From positions 1 to 61,392 of the forward strand of contig JASLVM010000003.1 of NCBI GenBank assembly GCA_030741355.1: a stretch of 61,392 nt of DNA. The letters run 5' to 3'. The translations under genes and the position numbers were made by a program. Of this stretch, positions 1 through 9,331 are shown in pieces (the stretch's first letter is position 1; each line of letters opens with the position of its first letter). Below the pieces are notes generated by a model that was given only the letters and a program-made list of their open reading frames with translations, did no database searches and was not told where the DNA came from. The DNA comes from Poseidonia sp. (lineage in GTDB: Archaea > Thermoplasmatota > Poseidoniia > Poseidoniales > Poseidoniaceae).

Positions 1-184
1 ACCTGTCAATGTGGGCTACATGGGCTAGCGGATGGTTGGTGCTACCGATCACGCCGTCCACTTTTCCAATGTACGTGCCATCATCGGCTCGAACCATGAT
101 GGCGTTGAGAGCGGGAGATGATCCTTCAAAATGCACCAGCAAGCCACCCTCGTGGCTTCGTGCTTCAACGGTGCCAGTAAACAT
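1..184 (-). CDS. Gar1-like H/ACA RNP protein, partial (C-terminus runs off left edge)
   Basis: Not in ORF track because it is truncated. The start is ATG at 184-182. The translation MFTGTVEARSHEGGLLVHFEGSSPALNAIMVRADDGTYIGKVDGVIGSTNHPLAHVAHIDR fits the archaeal Gar1 pattern (G-x-V..G-x-L-x-V..P-x-LN..IG-x-V-x-D/G-V-x-G..P). Confidence 0.4.
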   Translation of the reverse strand, partial: MFTGTVEARSHEGGLLVHFEGSSPALNAIMVRADDGTYIGKVDGVIGSTNHPLAHVAHIDR

Positions 185-232
185 CTCAAGACCTGTTTTG
201 GCCTGCGACCATCGCTTTTTGGTGTTGTCGGT

Positions 233-2182
233 TTATTCGTCGACTTTACGACGATGTAGGACGGCCACGCCGAGCATGCAAATCGTAGCCATAAACGAGA
301 GCGAGGGTAGGGCGTCGTCCGTGCTTTCTACCGGTGTGGAAAGATCGGGGACATCCTCGACAACGGGTGCTGGGATGCCCACGGCAAGCTGTGTGGTCGC
401 TCCGGATTCGTCAACGGCCGTGATGACGACATCGTAGTTCGTTAGGCCGTTGGCGAGGCAGATGGCCGTCGACACTTCAACGACCCAGTTGATACCGTCG
501 ATGGTGAAGCCTTGGTAGTCGGCACCGCAAATGGTGAGGCTCATCGTGACAGCCTCCAAGTCGGGGTCTGAAACCAAACCGAACATTTCGAATTTGAGTT
601 GGCTTTCATCCCACGAAGCGTTTTCACCGTCGAAGTTGACGGCCACGGAAACGGCCGGTGGAGAATTTGGTTTGGTCAAGCCAAGGGAGAATTCTGCTGC
701 ATGTGCGACCATGTTGGATGCCTCAGCCGTCACGCTGAATTCAAACGCTCCGGGGCGGAGGTTGGTCAGCGAAACAGCGGTCGTCACGGGTGTGGAGGCG
801 ATGGTGATGGTATCTCCTGCACCACCCAGTTGTCCGTTTTGCAGGGCCCTTGCAGAGAACAAAAATTCGTTCACAAGACCTGAGGACGTGATGGTCAATC
901 TGGCGTTCTTACCGTCTTCGTCCACCGTACCAGTGGCGGTGTAGAGTGTGCCAAAGGTCCATGTTCGTGAGTCGTTTTCGTCCACTGCGCCGAGCGGGTC
1001 AACCGCATGACAGGTAGCAGTCGATTGGGTCGAACTCTCGGGCTGATTGACAAAGAAGTCGCCGATGACGTTGGTGGAAACGCTCCATCCGTCTTCATCA
1101 AACACACACTGAAGCGACCAACCGTTGTCATCGATGGCCCATGCATTTCCGATAGCGGCGGTGGCAAACCGCCAACTACCAGCTCCGGAAGTCGGAACTT
1201 TCGTCCCGTTGGCTGGAGCTGTTGATGTCCATGCAGGGGCGTCGTTGGTTGCGGGTTCCTCCGTGGTGAAATCCATGAAAATATTGCATTCCAAATCCCA
1301 TTGCGTCCTGTCAAAGGACACCAATTGGGTTACCTTGAGTGCCCCATCTGGAAGGTAGACAAAGGAAGGTTCGCCAATGTGGTCGCAAGTTTGACCGCTT
1401 TCGGGCTGGTTGTCGATGACGCGGAAGTCGTAAATTCGGAGCCCTTGGAGGACGGGGAAGGTGACCACAAGCGCTGCGTCACTCATGTTGCTGATGTTCA
1501 TGGCGAGGGTGAAATTTGAAACGCCGTTGTTGGGTAATTTATCCCAACGAACGTTATTTGCTTGGCCATCGGCGACGAAGAGGCTGATTTCCATGTCGTC
1601 GGTGGTCGAAGTGGGGACCTCTTTGCAGTCGCCAGCGGCACCAAAGTTGGTGCATGTTCGGGCGTCTTGGTGGCCATCGGGTACCAAGTTGACCTCATCG
1701 AGTCCGATGCCGTCTTCTACAAACTCAAAGTCGTTCCAGTCCACTCCACCTGAGTGAGGAATGCCTTCACGCATTCCGAGCCGAGTCTCCATGTCGGCGA
1801 TGCACTTTGGTCCAATGCTGCGAACTGCGTCACGCTCGTCGGTGCTGATCCATTCATTGTCTCCTCCTGGCAAACCTTCGAACAGACCGTCCAAATTGTC
1901 CCGAACAATGGCGGAGTTTGAACCGTTCACCCAAGCGTTGGCGAACATATCACCGGTTGCCCAGTCATCCAAAATGTTCAGTTCAAACAAGGCGAAATCA
2001 TACTCGAAGAGGTCTTCAAAGGTGTAGCCGCTGCAATCAACGTCCAAGGTGTCTTGACGGCCTTCGGTTGAGGACACCGAGGGCGTATCGTCAAAGGCGG
2101 TGAACACGGGTGAAGAGGAGACGCCCATCATCAAAACGGCGAGGAGCAGAGAAACAATTGGTGCTGGCAAGCGGTGTGTCAT
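233..2182 (-). CDS. secreted, C-terminally membrane-anchored cell-surface protein (650 aa)
   Basis: ORF 233..2437 trimmed to ATG 2182, where MTHRLPAPIVSLLLAVLMMGVSS looks like a signal peptide. Acidic, with many N-x-S/T sequons. The C-terminus is a TM helix (LSFMATICMLGVAVL) followed by HRRK. No enzymatic motif recognised. Confidence 0.75.
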   Translation of the reverse strand: MTHRLPAPIVSLLLAVLMMGVSSSPVFTAFDDTPSVSSTEGRQDTLDVDCSGYTFEDLFEYDFALFELNILDDWATGDMFANAWVNGSNSAIVRDNLDGLFEGLPGGDNEWISTDERDAVRSIGPKCIADMETRLGMREGIPHSGGVDWNDFEFVEDGIGLDEVNLVPDGHQDARTCTNFGAAGDCKEVPTSTTDDMEISLFVADGQANNVRWDKLPNNGVSNFTLAMNISNMSDAALVVTFPVLQGLRIYDFRVIDNQPESGQTCDHIGEPSFVYLPDGALKVTQLVSFDRTQWDLECNIFMDFTTEEPATNDAPAWTSTAPANGTKVPTSGAGSWRFATAAIGNAWAIDDNGWSLQCVFDEDGWSVSTNVIGDFFVNQPESSTQSTATCHAVDPLGAVDENDSRTWTFGTLYTATGTVDEDGKNARLTITSSGLVNEFLFSARALQNGQLGGAGDTITIASTPVTTAVSLTNLRPGAFEFSVTAEASNMVAHAAEFSLGLTKPNSPPAVSVAVNFDGENASWDESQLKFEMFGLVSDPDLEAVTMSLTICGADYQGFTIDGINWVVEVSTAICLANGLTNYDVVITAVDESGATTQLAVGIPAPVVEDVPDLSTPVESTDDALPSLSFMATICMLGVAVLHRRKVDE

Positions 2183-2228
2183 GGTACACCGGTTGTCTTT
2201 CGCCTTCATGAAGAATTGGTTGAAATCA

Positions 2229-3059
2229 TCATGGAACAAGCCGTTCCATGCGGCGGTGAAGTGCCCACCACGGCAACACCGTCCAAAGCAACGCCGCCAG
2301 CCAAGATTGCCAAGCAGCGACCCCTCTGTCAACGCTAGGAAGTTGGGTTTCGAGGAGATGATGATAGACGCCATTGGGTGAAAGCAGGTCCAACATGCCT
2401 TCAAGGGCAACCCACGCAGGGTCGTTGGCTTCTCCAACCGCCACGCCGGATGCGTAGGCCACCATGGTGGTCACCAGTGCCCAAAGGAAGGTGAAGAAGA
2501 ACCAAACACCGATGCCGAAGGCGATGGCCGTCCCTTGTTCTCTTGCAGAGGTGGAGGCCAAAAGGGCGAAGAGCGTGTACCAGAACACCACCAGTCCGGT
2601 GGAGAGGGCATACACCACAACTTCGGTCACGCCCGGCCATTCGCCCATGCGAAACCGAACCACGAGGACCGAAGCGAAAAGCAAGGCGTAAACCGGAAGG
2701 AGGATGCTTTGGGCATGTCCAAGGATGAGCGCTGTGGCTTGATGTTGGCGGGGCATGGGTTGGGCAAGACGCACTTCGAGCATGCCGCTGGCTCGGTCCT
2801 TGCTCACTCCATCGAACGCCATCAAAACGGCGCACATCGTTGCACCGAACACGACCCCCAGAGAGGCATAAAACAGCACTTCCATGGCCGTATCGGGTTG
2901 GTGGCCACCGGGTAAAACGATGTTGGGGTCGGAGAATCCCCACGCCATGCCCGGCAAGAACAGAAGAAGGATAGGAAGCATGATTTTCAAACGAATCCCG
3001 GACAATCGTTCCTTTCGGATACGAGCGGCGACGTTCACGATGCGTTTCCTGTCACTCAT
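2229..3059 (-). CDS. ABC-2 type transporter permease
   Basis: ORF 2229..3128 trimmed to ATG 3059 (MSDRKRIV), which overlaps the ATPase stop as ATGAGTGA. About 6 hydrophobic helices in a NosY/ABC-2-like layout, directly downstream of an ABC ATPase. Confidence 0.7.
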   Translation of the reverse strand: MSDRKRIVNVAARIRKERLSGIRLKIMLPILLLFLPGMAWGFSDPNIVLPGGHQPDTAMEVLFYASLGVVFGATMCAVLMAFDGVSKDRASGMLEVRLAQPMPRQHQATALILGHAQSILLPVYALLFASVLVVRFRMGEWPGVTEVVVYALSTGLVVFWYTLFALLASTSAREQGTAIAFGIGVWFFFTFLWALVTTMVAYASGVAVGEANDPAWVALEGMLDLLSPNGVYHHLLETQLPSVDRGVAAWQSWLAALLWTVLPWWALHRRMERLVP

Positions 3060-4074
3060 CTTCGCCAACCTCCACGGTTCGCATGGGCAGCATGGCCGAA
3101 GAAGCCACTTCGAGTGAAATGTCATCAACGCTCATGCCGGTTGCAGCACATAACCACTCCACCAAATTTGGCCGAACAGGCGCCCATGACGTGATGTTGA
3201 CGTCAGCATCTACGGCTGCTGAAAGCACCGATTTCGGATCGCGTTTCACCGTCAAGGACCACCCGTCATCGTCTTGATGGCGTTCGAGAACATCTTCGTC
3301 AGGAGCGAAACTCGAGATGTCGGCAGCCCCCTCCCCGGTGATGGTGTAGCGTCCCTCCAAGCCCAACCGCCGCTCGACATCTTCCAGGGGGCCTTCGTCA
3401 AGCAATTGCCCTCGGTGAAGAAGACCGATGCGATCGATGAGCCCTTCGAGTTGAGCGACCATGTGGGAGGAGATGACCACGCTCACGCCTTTGGAGGCGA
3501 GTGTTCGTACCAGCGCTGCGAAAGCCTCGGCTGCAACAGGGTCCAATCCGTTAAACGGTTCATCGAGCAAGAGGACTTTCGGCGAGCCCAACAAGGCCGC
3601 TGCAATCGAGAGGCGCTGACGCATCCCTTGGCTGAGGTTGTCCAGTGCGTCGTCGCGCCGAGAACGTAAACCGACAAGGGCGAGCAAACGTTCAATCTTC
3701 GTTTCAGAGGTTCCACGCATCTCACCAAGCTGGCTCAGCGCCTCGTGAACCGTGGTACGGCCCTGCCAGCGAACTTGTTCCGGCATATGCCCGACCCATT
3801 GGCGGAGGTCGTCCACAGGCTGCCAAACATCGGTATCAAAACGAGACTCAACCTTTCCTTTTTGCACGGGCAGGACGCCCGCCATCATCCTGAGCAGCGT
3901 GGTTTTGCCTGCCCCGTTTGGCCCGATGAGACCCAACACGCAGCCTTCGTAGAGGTCGAGTGATAGGCCAACGATTCCCGGGCCGGCTCGTTTGGCCCAC
4001 GGTTTGAACAGCGTCGGGGCGGGGAGGGCGTGTCGGTGTTGAACCGACCGGAAGGAAAGCACCGCCTCCGCCAT
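3052..4074 (-). CDS. ABC transporter ATP-binding protein with ~100-aa acidic C-terminal extension
   Basis: Walker A GPNGAGKTT, signature LSQGMRQRL, Walker B LLLDEPFNGLD, H-loop SSHM. Start set at MAEAVLSF (ATG 4074); the in-frame ATG at 4137 is also possible. Confidence 0.9.
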   Translation of the reverse strand: MAEAVLSFRSVQHRHALPAPTLFKPWAKRAGPGIVGLSLDLYEGCVLGLIGPNGAGKTTLLRMMAGVLPVQKGKVESRFDTDVWQPVDDLRQWVGHMPEQVRWQGRTTVHEALSQLGEMRGTSETKIERLLALVGLRSRRDDALDNLSQGMRQRLSIAAALLGSPKVLLLDEPFNGLDPVAAEAFAALVRTLASKGVSVVISSHMVAQLEGLIDRIGLLHRGQLLDEGPLEDVERRLGLEGRYTITGEGAADISSFAPDEDVLERHQDDDGWSLTVKRDPKSVLSAAVDADVNITSWAPVRPNLVEWLCAATGMSVDDISLEVASSAMLPMRTVEVGEDE

Positions 4075-4163
4075 GCACTGGCCCAAGGGAAACCCTCGCA
4101 TCAACCTTGGCGAGAGGCGAACCTCTATGTTGGACATGTTTCGGTTACTTGTTGGTATTGACG

Positions 4164-5045
4164 ATGTGGCAGGGCGTAATCCAGTCTTTGGCGCCTTTGG
4201 CCGGGGGTGGACTCGCGTTGTACCTTTACCATCGTCGAACGGACGGTGCTGAGGAACACGAGTGGACGGGTGCCATCGGTGCCAATGGAATACGCATGGC
4301 GTTTGCATTCGCTGTGCTCATCTGGATTTTACCTGCTGGTGCGCTGTTGGCGGCTCCCTTGTTGCTGTTGCTTTCGGTGTTGAGTCCAGCAGGGCGTCAA
4401 GATTGGGCAGAACACCGAACGCCAAGGCTGCTTGTCCTTGGTGTCGCCGTTTTGTGTTTGGGGGCAACCGGTTTCCTTCCCGTATCTCAGCCCGTCGCAC
4501 CCGAAGACTGGGGTCGCCCTTTGTTCACGGAAAACCCGCACGCTCCAATCTACCCCGCCAGCCAGCAATACACTTGGGTGACCAGTGATGTGGTGGTGCT
4601 GCAAACCCTCACCTTGCGGCTACCCCATCAACCGGGAGTGATGGGCGCTGAGGCGGTTGCCTTGACTCTCGCTTCTCTGATGGACATGGAAACAGGACGC
4701 ATGCATCAAGCGATTGAGTTGATCGACGAGGAGGTGCCTTTCGTGCGCCTCAATCCAGAAGAGATCACCCTCCAACCCGTTCCTTCTCCATCCACGTTGG
4801 ATATCCGACTGGATTGGGATTCTGAGCGAATTGAAACCGTTGCTTTCCGAAGTTACAACATCAATTCCACCGCTTTTGGTTCCGATGCAGAAGGCACCAA
4901 GGTCGGAGAAGTGGTCGTGGTCGCCAAAGCCTCCTGGGGTGGAGAACTGGACATGCTGGTCATTGTGCGACCGCTTCAGCCCCCCAATGTAGATTATGAC
5001 GGCATTGGCGAACGGTGGATTCGTGATTGGTTGAGTGCTCGTTGA
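4164..5045 (+). CDS. hypothetical membrane protein
   Basis: ORF 4107..5045 begins at TTG and was trimmed to ATG 4164 (MWQGVIQSL). Three or four N-terminal hydrophobic helices followed by a soluble domain. Divergent from the ABC operon. Confidence 0.55.
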   Translation: MWQGVIQSLAPLAGGGLALYLYHRRTDGAEEHEWTGAIGANGIRMAFAFAVLIWILPAGALLAAPLLLLLSVLSPAGRQDWAEHRTPRLLVLGVAVLCLGATGFLPVSQPVAPEDWGRPLFTENPHAPIYPASQQYTWVTSDVVVLQTLTLRLPHQPGVMGAEAVALTLASLMDMETGRMHQAIELIDEEVPFVRLNPEEITLQPVPSPSTLDIRLDWDSERIETVAFRSYNINSTAFGSDAEGTKVGEVVVVAKASWGGELDMLVIVRPLQPPNVDYDGIGERWIRDWLSAR

Positions 5046-5083
5046 TTCATCTTCGAAACCGGCCCAGCATCCATCCAAACCCT

Positions 5084-5695
5084 TCAGGGGTTCTTGGGGA
5101 AGTTCCAAACTGGCTCCTGCCCCTCCTGTTCAGGTAAGGTCTCGGGTTGCACCGAAGGGGTGAAGGGCATTTGTTGGAAGTTTTGGAATTGGCCAGGATG
5201 TTGCACCATCATCACCGTGGTCGGTTTTTTTCTGGACATCAGGATCACGCCAATGACGATGCCGATCAGCGAAATGCAACAGAGCGCCCCTCCTCCCAAA
5301 ACCGCAAACCCTCCTTCTGAAAGGTAAATCATGTCGTCAACGATGAGAATTTCGTGATTCGCTTGAACATTCAGCACACCGTCCGCATCAGAACTCATGA
5401 TGCCAATGGCTCTCCAACCCGTTTCATCAAACAGTTCGTCGCATTCTTCGTTGAAGTATTCGTAGTCTTCATCGGTGATGGAAACCGTGGTCTCTTCACA
5501 CGAATAATCGTCATTGACAAAGATACTGTAAGTCCCATATTCTTCGACTTGAACGGTCCCGGTGATTCCTTTGAACAGGGCTTCACTCTCGACATCGATT
5601 TCATCAACGTCCGCGAAACCCACACCAATCAAAACAAAGGAGAGGACCAGGAATGCACAAGATGCGACAAGAACAACGGTCGGTGTTTTTGACAT
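5084..5695 (-). CDS. hypothetical bitopic membrane protein
   Basis: N-terminal TM/signal anchor (VVLVASCAFLVLSFVLIGV), an acidic Cys-containing ectodomain, a second TM (ALCCISLIGIVIGVILM) and a Q/P-rich tail. Confidence 0.6.
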   Translation of the reverse strand: MSKTPTVVLVASCAFLVLSFVLIGVGFADVDEIDVESEALFKGITGTVQVEEYGTYSIFVNDDYSCEETTVSITDEDYEYFNEECDELFDETGWRAIGIMSSDADGVLNVQANHEILIVDDMIYLSEGGFAVLGGGALCCISLIGIVIGVILMSRKKPTTVMMVQHPGQFQNFQQMPFTPSVQPETLPEQEGQEPVWNFPKNP

Positions 5696-5787
5696 GGTTT
5701 TCAGTATCGGCTGTGGCAGATATTGGAAAAAGATTTCTTTCCATCCACAAGTTCTCTGAGGAACCTGCCACGGGCACTGGTTTGTGT

Positions 5788-6555
5788 TCAGTAGCGAACT
5801 TTCTGACGGGTCAAGGTTCGCCAGATGCGCTGCAACGGGTCGTAATAACGGTCAACCACGCGCTCTTTGAGTTGAATGATGGCATCGTCGGTGATTTCAA
5901 TCCCCGCTGGACAAACCTCGGTGCAACATCGGGTGATGTTGCAGTATTCTACGCCGAATTCCTTCTTGATTTCAGGCACACGGTCTTCCGTATCAAGCGG
6001 GTGCATCTCGTATTGGGCCAAGCGAACGAGGTTGCGTGGTCCAGCGAAGTCATCGAAGAGCTGGTGGTCCCGAAGGACGTGGCAGGTGTTGACGCAGAGG
6101 AAACATTCGATGCATTCACGGAAGTGTTGAACACGGTCGGCTTCCATTTGGTTGAACTCCCAGTCCATCGACTCTGGTCCCTTGATGGGGGCGATACGTT
6201 GGGCCACGTCGTAGTTCCAGCTGACATCGGTGACGAGGTCCTTCACGTGAGGGAAGGTCTTCATTGGGCGGATTTCAATCGGTTGTCCGGCCGGCGTTTC
6301 GGCGACCACATCGCTCATTCGAGTCATGCACATCAGACGAGGGCGACCGTTGATTTCAGCAGAACACGAGCCGCATTTTCCGGCTTTACAGTTCCAACGA
6401 ACCGCCATATCGGGTTCCTGGTCGTGTTGGATTCGATGAAGGCAATCCAGGACCACCATGCCTTCGTCGAGTTCCAAATCATAGGCTTGGAGTTTGGCGT
6501 CGTCGCCTTCACCGCGTAGAATGTTGAACGATTGTTTGGTTCCTTTGAGGGACAT
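5788..6555 (-). CDS. sdhB: succinate dehydrogenase/fumarate reductase iron-sulfur subunit
   Basis: 2Fe-2S motif CKAGKCGSCSAEINGRPRLMC and 4Fe-4S/3Fe-4S motifs CIECFLCVNTC and CTRCCTEVCP. The ATG overlaps the sdhA stop (TAATG). Confidence 0.95.
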   Translation of the reverse strand: MSLKGTKQSFNILRGEGDDAKLQAYDLELDEGMVVLDCLHRIQHDQEPDMAVRWNCKAGKCGSCSAEINGRPRLMCMTRMSDVVAETPAGQPIEIRPMKTFPHVKDLVTDVSWNYDVAQRIAPIKGPESMDWEFNQMEADRVQHFRECIECFLCVNTCHVLRDHQLFDDFAGPRNLVRLAQYEMHPLDTEDRVPEIKKEFGVEYCNITRCCTEVCPAGIEITDDAIIQLKERVVDRYYDPLQRIWRTLTRQKVRY

Positions 6556-8411
6556 TAGTTTCCGCCTCCTGCTTCTGCTGCGCGGTCAGCGATCATCGCC
6601 TTCACTTCCTTGAGGGCGCCTTTGAGGTCCTCGCGCATCTCCTCAACGGGCTCTTGTCGAATCTTCATCTCACCGTTTTCCATCCAGATGATGTTGAGGG
6701 TTTTGCCCCAGTAGTCGTCTTCCGGTGTCGGGAAATCGTCTCGAGTGTGGCCACCTCGGCTTTCTTCACGGGTGATGGCGGCGAGCGTGGCGGCGTGTGA
6801 AACGTCGGCCATGTTGAGCAAATCAAGGGCTTGATGCCAACCGGAGTTGTACTTGCGGGAAGTGCCTGAAGAGCATGCAAGCGCTCGTTCTTTGAACGCC
6901 TTGATGTCGTCAAGTGCTTCTTCGAGTTCGTTCTTGGTGCGGATGATGCCGACCTTGGCTTGCATCATGTCGCGCATTTCGTCGTAAATTCTGCCGGGGT
7001 TTTCGCCACCGTCTCGCTCGAGCGGAGCCAGCATGTCGGTGATGGCCAGGTCGACTTGAGCATCGTCAATCGAAGGTTGAGCGAGGTCCTTTGCGCGCTT
7101 GGCTGCGTATTCTCCTGCACGCTTACCGAAGACGATGAGGTCGGAAAGGGAGTTTCCTCCCAGTCGGTTGGCGCCGTGAAGGCCAGAAGCGACTTCTCCG
7201 CATGCGAAGAGGCCGGGAACGGTTGTTTCTTGGGATTCAGCGTCGACGATGACGCCGCCCATCACGTAGTGAGCCGTTGGCCCGACTTCCATGGGTTCCT
7301 TGCTGATATCGACGCCAGCGAGTTCCTTGAACTGGTGGTGCATGGAAGGCAGTTTCTTCATGATGGCTTCTTCACCACGGTGAGAAATGTCAAGGAAAGC
7401 GCCACCGTGAGGGGAACCGCGTCCTGCTTTGACCTCTTCGTTGATGGCTTTCGCCACGACGTCTCGGGTGAGCAGTTCAGGGGGGCGACGAACCGTGGCC
7501 AACTTGCCGCTGACCACTTCTTCGACCCACTGGTCCGCTTCTTCGATGGTGTCGGCATGGTCGCCTGCAAACATTTCAGGGACGTAGTCGAACATGAATC
7601 GGCTGCCATCGCTGTTGGTCAACCGTCCACCTTCGCCACGGACGCCTTCGGTGACAAGGATGCCACGAACGGACGGCGGCCACACCATCCCGGTGGGGTG
7701 AAATTGCACGAATTCCATGTCGCGTAGTTCGGCTCCGGCCCACAGAGCGAGTGCATGTCCGTCGCCGGTGTATTCCCAGGAACCGGAACAAACCGACCAG
7801 CATCGGGTGATGCCACCGGTGGCGAGGACCACGGATTTGGCAGAGAAGGCGTGGAATTCACCGTCAACACGGGTGTAGGCTACGCAACCCGTGACTCGGT
7901 CGCCTTCCTTCAGAAGGCTTCGAACGGTGTATTCCATGAAGATGTCAATGCCTTCGTGAATGCCGCGCTCTTGCAAGGTGCGGATGATTTCGAGGCCCGT
8001 AGCGTCGCCAACGTGAGCGAGGCGAGGGAAGGTATGGCCGCCAAAGTTCCGTTGATTGATGAGGTTCTTGGGCGTGCGGTCAAACACCGCACCCCACTGT
8101 TCGAGTTCACGGACACGGTCCGGGGCTTCTTTTGCGTGGTATTCGGCCATGCGCCAGTTGGCAAGCCATTTGCTTCCCTTCATGGTGTCGTGGAAGTGGA
8201 CCTTCCAACCGTCTCGTGGGTCAGCGTTTTGCAGAGCTGCAGCACAACCGCCCTCGGCCATGACCGTGTGAGCTTTGCCCAAGAGCGACTTGGTGATGAT
8301 GGCGGTCTTGGCACCGCTTCGAGCAGCCTCGATGGCCGCACGGAGGCCCGCACCGCCGGCACCGATGACAATGACGTCGTATTCGTGTTTCGTGATTTGT
8401 TCGCTCATCAT
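6555..8411 (-). CDS. sdhA: succinate dehydrogenase/fumarate reductase flavoprotein subunit
   Basis: FAD fold YDVIVIGAGGAGLRAAIEA, HPTG motif FVQFHPTG, RGGHTRDDFP near the C-terminus. GAGGTGA Shine-Dalgarno sequence upstream. Confidence 0.97.
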   Translation of the reverse strand: MMSEQITKHEYDVIVIGAGGAGLRAAIEAARSGAKTAIITKSLLGKAHTVMAEGGCAAALQNADPRDGWKVHFHDTMKGSKWLANWRMAEYHAKEAPDRVRELEQWGAVFDRTPKNLINQRNFGGHTFPRLAHVGDATGLEIIRTLQERGIHEGIDIFMEYTVRSLLKEGDRVTGCVAYTRVDGEFHAFSAKSVVLATGGITRCWSVCSGSWEYTGDGHALALWAGAELRDMEFVQFHPTGMVWPPSVRGILVTEGVRGEGGRLTNSDGSRFMFDYVPEMFAGDHADTIEEADQWVEEVVSGKLATVRRPPELLTRDVVAKAINEEVKAGRGSPHGGAFLDISHRGEEAIMKKLPSMHHQFKELAGVDISKEPMEVGPTAHYVMGGVIVDAESQETTVPGLFACGEVASGLHGANRLGGNSLSDLIVFGKRAGEYAAKRAKDLAQPSIDDAQVDLAITDMLAPLERDGGENPGRIYDEMRDMMQAKVGIIRTKNELEEALDDIKAFKERALACSSGTSRKYNSGWHQALDLLNMADVSHAATLAAITREESRGGHTRDDFPTPEDDYWGKTLNIIWMENGEMKIRQEPVEEMREDLKGALKEVKAMIADRAAEAGGGN

Positions 8412-8417
8412 CTCACC

Positions 8418-9236
8418 TCACACAACGAAGAGCACCATATCGCTCAGTCGGCCTTCAGCCACAGCCAGGACCCAAAGGTCCCCAAGGAAGACGAAAATCA
8501 ACGATGTCCAGAACCAGAAACCGTGAGAACGATTGAGGACGCTGATCTTCCCAAACAAGACGCCACGAACGCGGCTGATGCCGGTGGTCCAACGGTCGAG
8601 CATGCCACCGGCCAAATGGCGAAGGGCATGGCAGGAGGTGACGTACATCGTGAGCAGGAAGGCTTCGATGCCCATCACAAACGTCCCGATGGAAACGCCG
8701 TAGCCGTCGTACGTGCCGGAATGGAAGTGCATCGTGTGGGTGACGTCCCACCACTTGATGACCAGAATGATCATGGCGGCATAGAGGAAATAACGGTGCA
8801 GGTTGTTGAAGATGAACAAGCGCTTCTCGCCTTTGTAGCCAATGGCCTTGTTGATGTCGGGCTCGTCAACCCAGCAGGCCGTGGGGCTGGCGAAGAAGGT
8901 GCGGTAGTAGACCCGGCGCATGTAGTAGCAGGTGCCACGGAAACCAAAAGGAATCCACAACACGAGGATGGCGGCGTTGACCCATTCCGGATGGTTCCAT
9001 TCGTTCAATCCGAACAAACTCCACTCGAGGACGTTGGGCGAGAAAATGGGCGACATGACCGTGCTGCCGTGAAGGGCATACGAGATGTCGGCGTCGTAGA
9101 GGAAGAGTCGCCAAAAGGTGTAGATGAGGGCGGCGGTCAAACCGATACCCATCGCCATCGGTTGGCTCCACCAATTGTCGATACGGTTGGTACGCCCGAG
9201 TCCGTTTAGGACTGGGAGTTTAATCCCTTCACCCAT
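8418..9236 (-). CDS. putative membrane anchor / cytochrome b subunit of succinate:quinone oxidoreductase
   Basis: 272-aa polytopic protein with several conserved-looking His residues in helices, placed immediately upstream of sdhA. No second small anchor gene is present. Confidence 0.65.
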   Translation of the reverse strand: MGEGIKLPVLNGLGRTNRIDNWWSQPMAMGIGLTAALIYTFWRLFLYDADISYALHGSTVMSPIFSPNVLEWSLFGLNEWNHPEWVNAAILVLWIPFGFRGTCYYMRRVYYRTFFASPTACWVDEPDINKAIGYKGEKRLFIFNNLHRYFLYAAMIILVIKWWDVTHTMHFHSGTYDGYGVSIGTFVMGIEAFLLTMYVTSCHALRHLAGGMLDRWTTGISRVRGVLFGKISVLNRSHGFWFWTSLIFVFLGDLWVLAVAEGRLSDMVLFVV

Positions 9237-9331
9237 TCAAAATCCCCCTGTTCCCTACGGGAACATCCTATCCGAGCAGGGCAGGGTCTTTGAGGTTCAC
9301 CATTGAGCCGCAGGGCGTTTTTGAAACAATC

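Noticed and set aside
4107-4163. TTG-initiated extension of the 4164..5045 gene; likewise TTG/GTG track starts at 42167, 47911, 55282 and 60433
   Set aside because: Downstream ATGs give canonical N-termini (for example Dna[11 protein letters not shown]) or have better Shine-Dalgarno spacing. The track marks alternative start codons as M.
7755-9209. 484-aa plus-strand ORF
   Set aside because: It lies entirely antisense to sdhA and the sdh anchor, whose motifs are unambiguous. Its composition is Gly/Val/Asp/His-rich mirror-frame sequence, typical of a shadow ORF in GC-rich coding DNA.
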